A program made the position numbers and the translations under genes. From NCBI GenBank assembly GCA_951406725.2, contig OX597835.1, positions 21,576,001-21,640,000 of the forward strand: 64,000 bases of DNA, read 5' to 3'. Positions 59,286-64,000 of this stretch are shown piece by piece (the first letter of the stretch is position 1; each line of letters begins with the position of its first letter). The notes beneath the pieces are model-generated. The model had not been told where the DNA came from, did no database searches, and saw only the letters and a program-made list of their open reading frames with translations. The stretch comes from Octopus vulgaris (lineage: Eukaryota).

Positions 59286-60373
59286 TTGTGTGTCTGTGTT
59301 TGTCCCCCTAGCATTGCTTGACAACCGATGCTGGTGTGTTTATGTCCCCGTCACTTAGCGTTTCGGCAAAAGAGACCGATAGAATAAGTACTGGGCTTAC
59401 AAAGAATAAGTCCCGGGTCGAGTTGCTCGATTAAAGGTGGTGCTCCAGCATGGCCGCAGTCAAATGACTGAAACAAGTAAAAGAGTAAAAGAGAGAGAGA
59501 GAGCAGTATATGGGGATCGGACAATAAACGTAAACCAGTCTCAACGGTGGTTCCAGAAATTCCGAGCCGGAAACTACAGCCTAGAAGACGAGCCTCGTTC
59601 TTGAAGATCTGTAGAGCTCGACGAGGACGTTTTGCAAACCCTGGTGGGGCAATATTCCATCGTAACTGTTGTGGAACTAGCAGAGAAGCTTGGATTTGGT
59701 CATTTAACCATTCATCAACTCCAGGATCCCGAGTGGCCTTCGCAGCTGGCCGCGGAGGTCCTACTGGATAACGATCTGTGCAGGATCGCGAATTCTTTCC
59801 CGGAGGACTCCTTTCAATTTATACCTGTATACAAAGGCCTGACGAAGAACGATTGCCTCAATGAAGCAAGAGCGCTCATCGGCCGGGTAACGTGAACCTG
59901 TTTTTGTATTATATTGAGAAAGAGGTTTATTGCCTCTTGTAAAATACACCAGTACCATCTTTGGTGTCAAGACGAAAGATGTTCTTCCATCAGGATAATG
60001 CTCGGCCACATACAGCGTGGATGACATTCCAAAGGCTAGAGAAGCTTGAATGGGAAACGATGCCCCACCCACCATCTTTGCCGGAAATTGTTCCATCTGA
60101 TTACCATTTATTTTGCAGTCTTCAAAATCATTTGGACGGAAAAAATATGAATTCTGTAGACGAGGTCAGAACAGTACTGGAGGGGTATATTTTTTATCAC
60201 GGTCAAGTGAATTTTGGAAGTGGGGCCTTGCAAGCCTACCAGATAGATGGAAGAGCATTGTAGAAAATGAAGGAGAGTATATTTTAGATTTAAAAAATGA
60301 TTGTGTTTATCTTAATTATGAAAAATAAAAGAAGTATTTAAAAACATTGTATTATTTATGGTATTACCCAATA
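58803..60373 (+). mobile_element. Decayed mariner transposon, interrupted by a SINE and a foreign segment
   Basis: YGDRTIN..SQRWFQKFRAGNYSLEDEPRS*R, HQDNARPH, HPPSLPEIVPSDYHLF; TIR-like ...tacccaata|ta at 60350-60373. Confidence 0.88.
59038..59502 (+). mobile_element. SINE family A inserted in the mariner element
   Basis: Full-length match; transposase coding resumes after it. Confidence 0.9.
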
Positions 60374-60420
60374 TAATGTAATACTAAATTCATTTATTAA
60401 TGTAAAAAATATATTATAAA

Positions 60421-60818
60421 CTAGTAGTATCGCCCGGCGTTGCTCGGGTTTGTAAGGGAAATAACTATATAAGCATTTTTAGAGATGTAAAGTATAATAG
60501 CCATCTCAATATGGTTAACCACAAAGGGGGTGGGTTACTGTGGCTTTTTACGTTCTGAGATTTAATAATAAATTTTTAGAGAGTTACTTCCCTTATATAT
60601 GCCAAAAATGCATTAAAAATGGGAAAAAATTGATGGTAATTTTTTTTTTTTAATCGTAGACTCATCGTAGACGCGCGCTTATACCCAGAAGGGCTTGATA
60701 TGAATCACGACTATAAGATACCTGCTTTTGGTTAAACTGCACCGCAAAATGTGGGAGTAGTTAGGAATCTAAATCGTAGGAGACAGATAGCACACAACCT
60801 CACTTTTATATATAAAGA
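60421..60818 (-). mobile_element. Non-autonomous Helitron, same family
   Basis: Reverse-complement match to 14498-14908 with TC and CTAG termini. Confidence 0.88.
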
Positions 60819-60849
60819 TATCCCTAACAATATACTAATTTAAACTTAC

Positions 60850-61325
60850 AAATAACTATATAAGCATTTTTAGAGAGTTACTTCCCTTATAGATGCCAAT
60901 TCGAGCTTTCTTAGCCATTTCTGTTTTGGTGTCTTCAAGCCATGAAGTCGTTGTTCTAAAAGAACGCTGGTCTCCTTGACAACGCTTTACGACGTTGATT
61001 TCCTTACACTCCCTTCCCCACAGCTTCACGAGGGAGGGAAGAAGGGGGAGAAGCAAACAGGTGCAGGTGTGACCATGGACGCCAACTCCGCCGCCATTGA
61101 CACACGAAAGATTATGCATTAAAATGGAATAAAAAATGATGTTAAATTATTTTTAAAAATCGTAGACTCATCGTAGACGCGCGCTAATACTCAGACGGGC
61201 TCGATATGAATCACGACTATAAGATACCCGAATTTGGTTAAACTGCACCGCAAAATGTGGGAGGAGTTAGGAATCTAAATCGAAGGGGACAGACACTCAC
61301 ACAACTACAGTTTTATATATATAGA
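60850..61325 (-). mobile_element. Helitron variant, 3'-truncated, with extra internal segment
   Basis: TC 5' end and shared body; unique ~210-nt segment at 60897-61110; hairpin and CTAG end missing. Confidence 0.75.
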
Positions 61326-61327
61326 TA

Positions 61328-61353
61328 TGGTGGTGGTGGTGGTGGTGGTGGTG

Positions 61354-61400
<47 letters not shown>

Positions 61401-61422
61401 TGTGTTGGTGGTGGTGGTGGTA

Positions 61423-61475
<53 letters not shown>

Positions 61476-61504
61476 GGTGGTGGTGGTAGTGGTGGTAGTT
61501 GTGT

Positions 61505-61550
<46 letters not shown>

Positions 61551-61579
61551 GGTGGTTGGTGTAGTGGTGGTGGTTGTGT

Positions 61580-61625
<46 letters not shown>

Positions 61626-61663
61626 GGTGGTAGTAGTAGTAGTGGTGGTGGTTGTGGTTGTGT

Positions 61664-61698
<35 letters not shown>

Positions 61699-61737
61699 CT
61701 TGTAGTAGTAGTAATAGTAGTAGTAGTAGTAGTAGTA
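61328..61737. repeat. (TAG)n/(TGG)n mixed trinucleotide array
   Basis: Direct inspection. Confidence 0.95.
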
Positions 61738-62166
61738 ACAACGTAATGTTTGCTAAACTTTTAATTCTGCCAGAATAAGGGAATAATTTTTGTTTGTTCT
61801 TTTTTTTTGCTATGTGTTTTTTTCTTCTTCTCCTCCTCTTGTCTAGGTCACTCGAGTTAAGAACCAATATTATATCATCGAGTGCCGACTGCTGGTGTCT
61901 CGACAGCCATAAAACAGGTAATATTAAAACTATAAAGTGATATTTTATTGTTTCTCAATGAGAAGAAATAAATCTTTTATTGTCTTTTTTTTTAAGTTTA
62001 TATTTTCTAGTGTTTTTTTTTTTTTTTTACAAAGTGTTTAACAGCGTCAATAAGTAGATTCTCTTTCTGATTAAGAGGGAAGTTCTAACCAGATCTAATC
62101 AAGTTATGTGATTTCAATTTGCGGTTGAATAATTAATTACATTTGCCAGGTGTTGAGTGAGAGGGA

Positions 62167-62390
62167 AATTTTTCTCCCCTAAAATATAAGCGCAAAATAT
62201 AAGCGCAATTTTTCTCCCCTAAAATATAAGCGCAAAATATAAGCGCAATTTTTCTCCCCTAAAATATAAGCGCAAAATATAAGCGCAATTTTTCTCCCCT
62301 AAAATATAAGCGCAAAATATAAGCGCAATTTTTCTCCCCTAAAATATAAGCGCAAAATATAAGCGCAATTTTTCTCCCCTAAAATATAAG
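62167..62390. repeat. 40-bp tandem repeat, ~5.5 perfect copies
   Basis: Unit aatttttctcccctaaaatataagcgcaaaatataagcgc. Confidence 0.95.
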
Positions 62391-62469
62391 ACTGTATGGT
62401 AACGAGCTTGCTTCCCAAATACATAGTTCCGGGTTCAGTTTCAGTGAGTGACACCTTGAGCAATATGTC

Positions 62470-62848
62470 GGTTCACATGGTCTGATGTTATTTAAAATTG
62501 GTTGGAAGAGCACAAAAGGGAAATAAACCCAATTGGATTGACGCCCCACAATCACAGAATCTCTATATAATCGAACAGTTATTTAGAGCAGCAGGTGAGG
62601 AGCCACTCTTCCCCACCATCGTTTCTGAAAGAGCTGAAGCAGGTTTTATTTGAAGAATGGTTCAAAATTCTGCTGCCAATATAGGCGCAGGAGTGGCTGT
62701 GTGGTAAGTAGCTTGCTAACCAACCACATGGTTCCGGGTTCAGTCCCACTGCGTGGCATCTTGGGCAAGTATCTTCTGCTATAGCCCCGGGCCGACCAAT
62801 GCCTTGTGAGTGGATTTGGTAGACGGAAACTGAAAGAAGCCTGTCGTA

Positions 62849-62929
<81 letters not shown>

Positions 62930-63258
62930 ATGTTTGTCCCCCTAGCATTGTTTGACAACTGATGCTGGTGTGTTTATGTCCCCGTCACTTAGCGGTTCGG
63001 CAAAAGAGACCGATAGAATAAGTACTGGGCTTACAAAAGAATAAGTCCCGGGGTCGAGTTGCTCGATTAAAGGCGGTGCTCCAGCATGGCCGCAGTCAAA
63101 TGACTGAAACAAGTAAAAGAGTAATCGTCCAGAATCTGTACAAGTTAATTTCTCGAGTCGTTAAAGCTGTGATTGATGCCAAAGGTTGAACATCTCCGCA
63201 TTAAATAGTAAAACTTCCATTTAACAAGGAATTTCCATTATTTTGTCCAACTCTGGTG
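62470..63258 (+). mobile_element. Tc1-like transposase 3' remnant, split by a SINE
   Basis: Degenerate P.S.NL.IIE motif and AVIDAKG C-terminus, followed by TIR-like ttattttgtccaactctg. Confidence 0.5.
62682..63123 (+). mobile_element. SINE family A
   Basis: Full-length match. Confidence 0.9.
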
Positions 63259-63389
63259 CACACACGAGCGCAGGACCAACTTCAATATAGTTTTTTTGTG
63301 TGTATAAATTTCACCCATAACGCATTCGTCGGTTCGAGGTAATAGAAGAAAAACCTTACCCAAGATGCCTGCACCAGACAAGAGAGCTT

Positions 63390-63615
63390 TCTGTATATAA
63401 CTGTTGTTGTAAGAAATACTCCAATAATAGAATTATTATTAAAACTTCGACATGTGAAGCTAGAAGCATTAACTATCACCATCCTAGACCATCCATGTAT
63501 TAATGAATGTATTTCATATGAAGCCACAGCGAGCTGAAACAAAATTAGCAATGTTAGTCCATATATTGGCCTAACGGAAAATACATTTAAGAGAAAACTA
63601 TACCAACATAGGAAC
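63390..63615 (+). mobile_element. Penelope GIY-YIG endonuclease remnant
   Basis: ECISYEATAS*...PYIGLTENTFKRKLYQHR matches the PLE IY...YIG.T...FK.R...H pattern. Confidence 0.65.
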
Positions 63616-63749
63616 CGTGCATCTTGTACAACATGTGGTCGAGTATCGTCTTGCAAGAGAATTGGCCTGTCTCAATTGATCAATCTCGGTTGTTTAATTG
63701 CAAATTCACTCATCATTTCATCCAATTAGTTGATTATACACACGCTGTA

Positions 63750-64000
63750 ACTGACTTACCAGGTTTCATGAAGTTGTAGTGGATGACACCAGCGCTGGAG
63801 CACCAAACAGACACCATTAACTTTTTTTAGTGAATATTCTTTTTTGGGATTGTGTTTTGGCACGTCGTCTCTATCCAACCACCGTGCAGAACCCTTGCTT
63901 TTGTTGAAAAGAATCCATTTTTCCTCACACGTAACAATACGATGCAAAAATGGTTCACTTTTATGCCGTGACATCAAATAACATCAAGTTTCAAGACGAC
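63750..64000 (-). mobile_element. Mariner transposase remnant, runs off the window
   Basis: FLHRIVTCEEKWILF (IVTGDEKW motif). Confidence 0.85.

Noticed and set aside
61257-61867. Gly/Ser-rich and poly-Val ORFs
   Set aside because: Translations of (TAG)/(TGG) repeats.
62167-62390. CRISPR-like short repeats
   Set aside because: Units are contiguous and identical, with no spacers or cas genes, in a eukaryotic context.

Overview
This is AT-rich, microsatellite-dense animal DNA. The SINE families and repeat landscape suggest an octopus/coleoid cephalopod (inference). Most ORF-track entries are translations of simple repeats. One host gene spans most of the window on the minus strand: an indoleamine 2,3-dioxygenase (IDO). 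I reconstructed 12 coding exons (56419 to 10202, 1046 nt, ~348 aa) with consistent splice phases, including a 15-nt microexon and a GC-AG intron. The terminal GTGG-containing exon was not found. The introns and flanks hold a near full-length Tx1-clade LINE with an intact 1145-aa ORF2 inserted in (GATA)n, plus further Tx1 copies and remnants. Also present are four tRNA-derived SINE families, non-autonomous Helitrons, mariner/Tc1/piggyBac-type remnants, RTE, CR1/L2 and Penelope fragments, and several minisatellites. Most notable signals: (1) about ten minimal type-I hammerhead-ribozyme motifs (one canonical, others with recurring core variants) in Penelope-like inverted-repeat elements and a retrozyme-like tandem; (2) a SINE family whose 3' tail matches the Tx1 LINE tail and which prefers GGTAY sites; (3) a young 134-bp satellite derived from a Tx1 ORF1 fragment; (4) an unexplained CpG-rich island. 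Everything was read by eye, so repeat boundaries are approximate.
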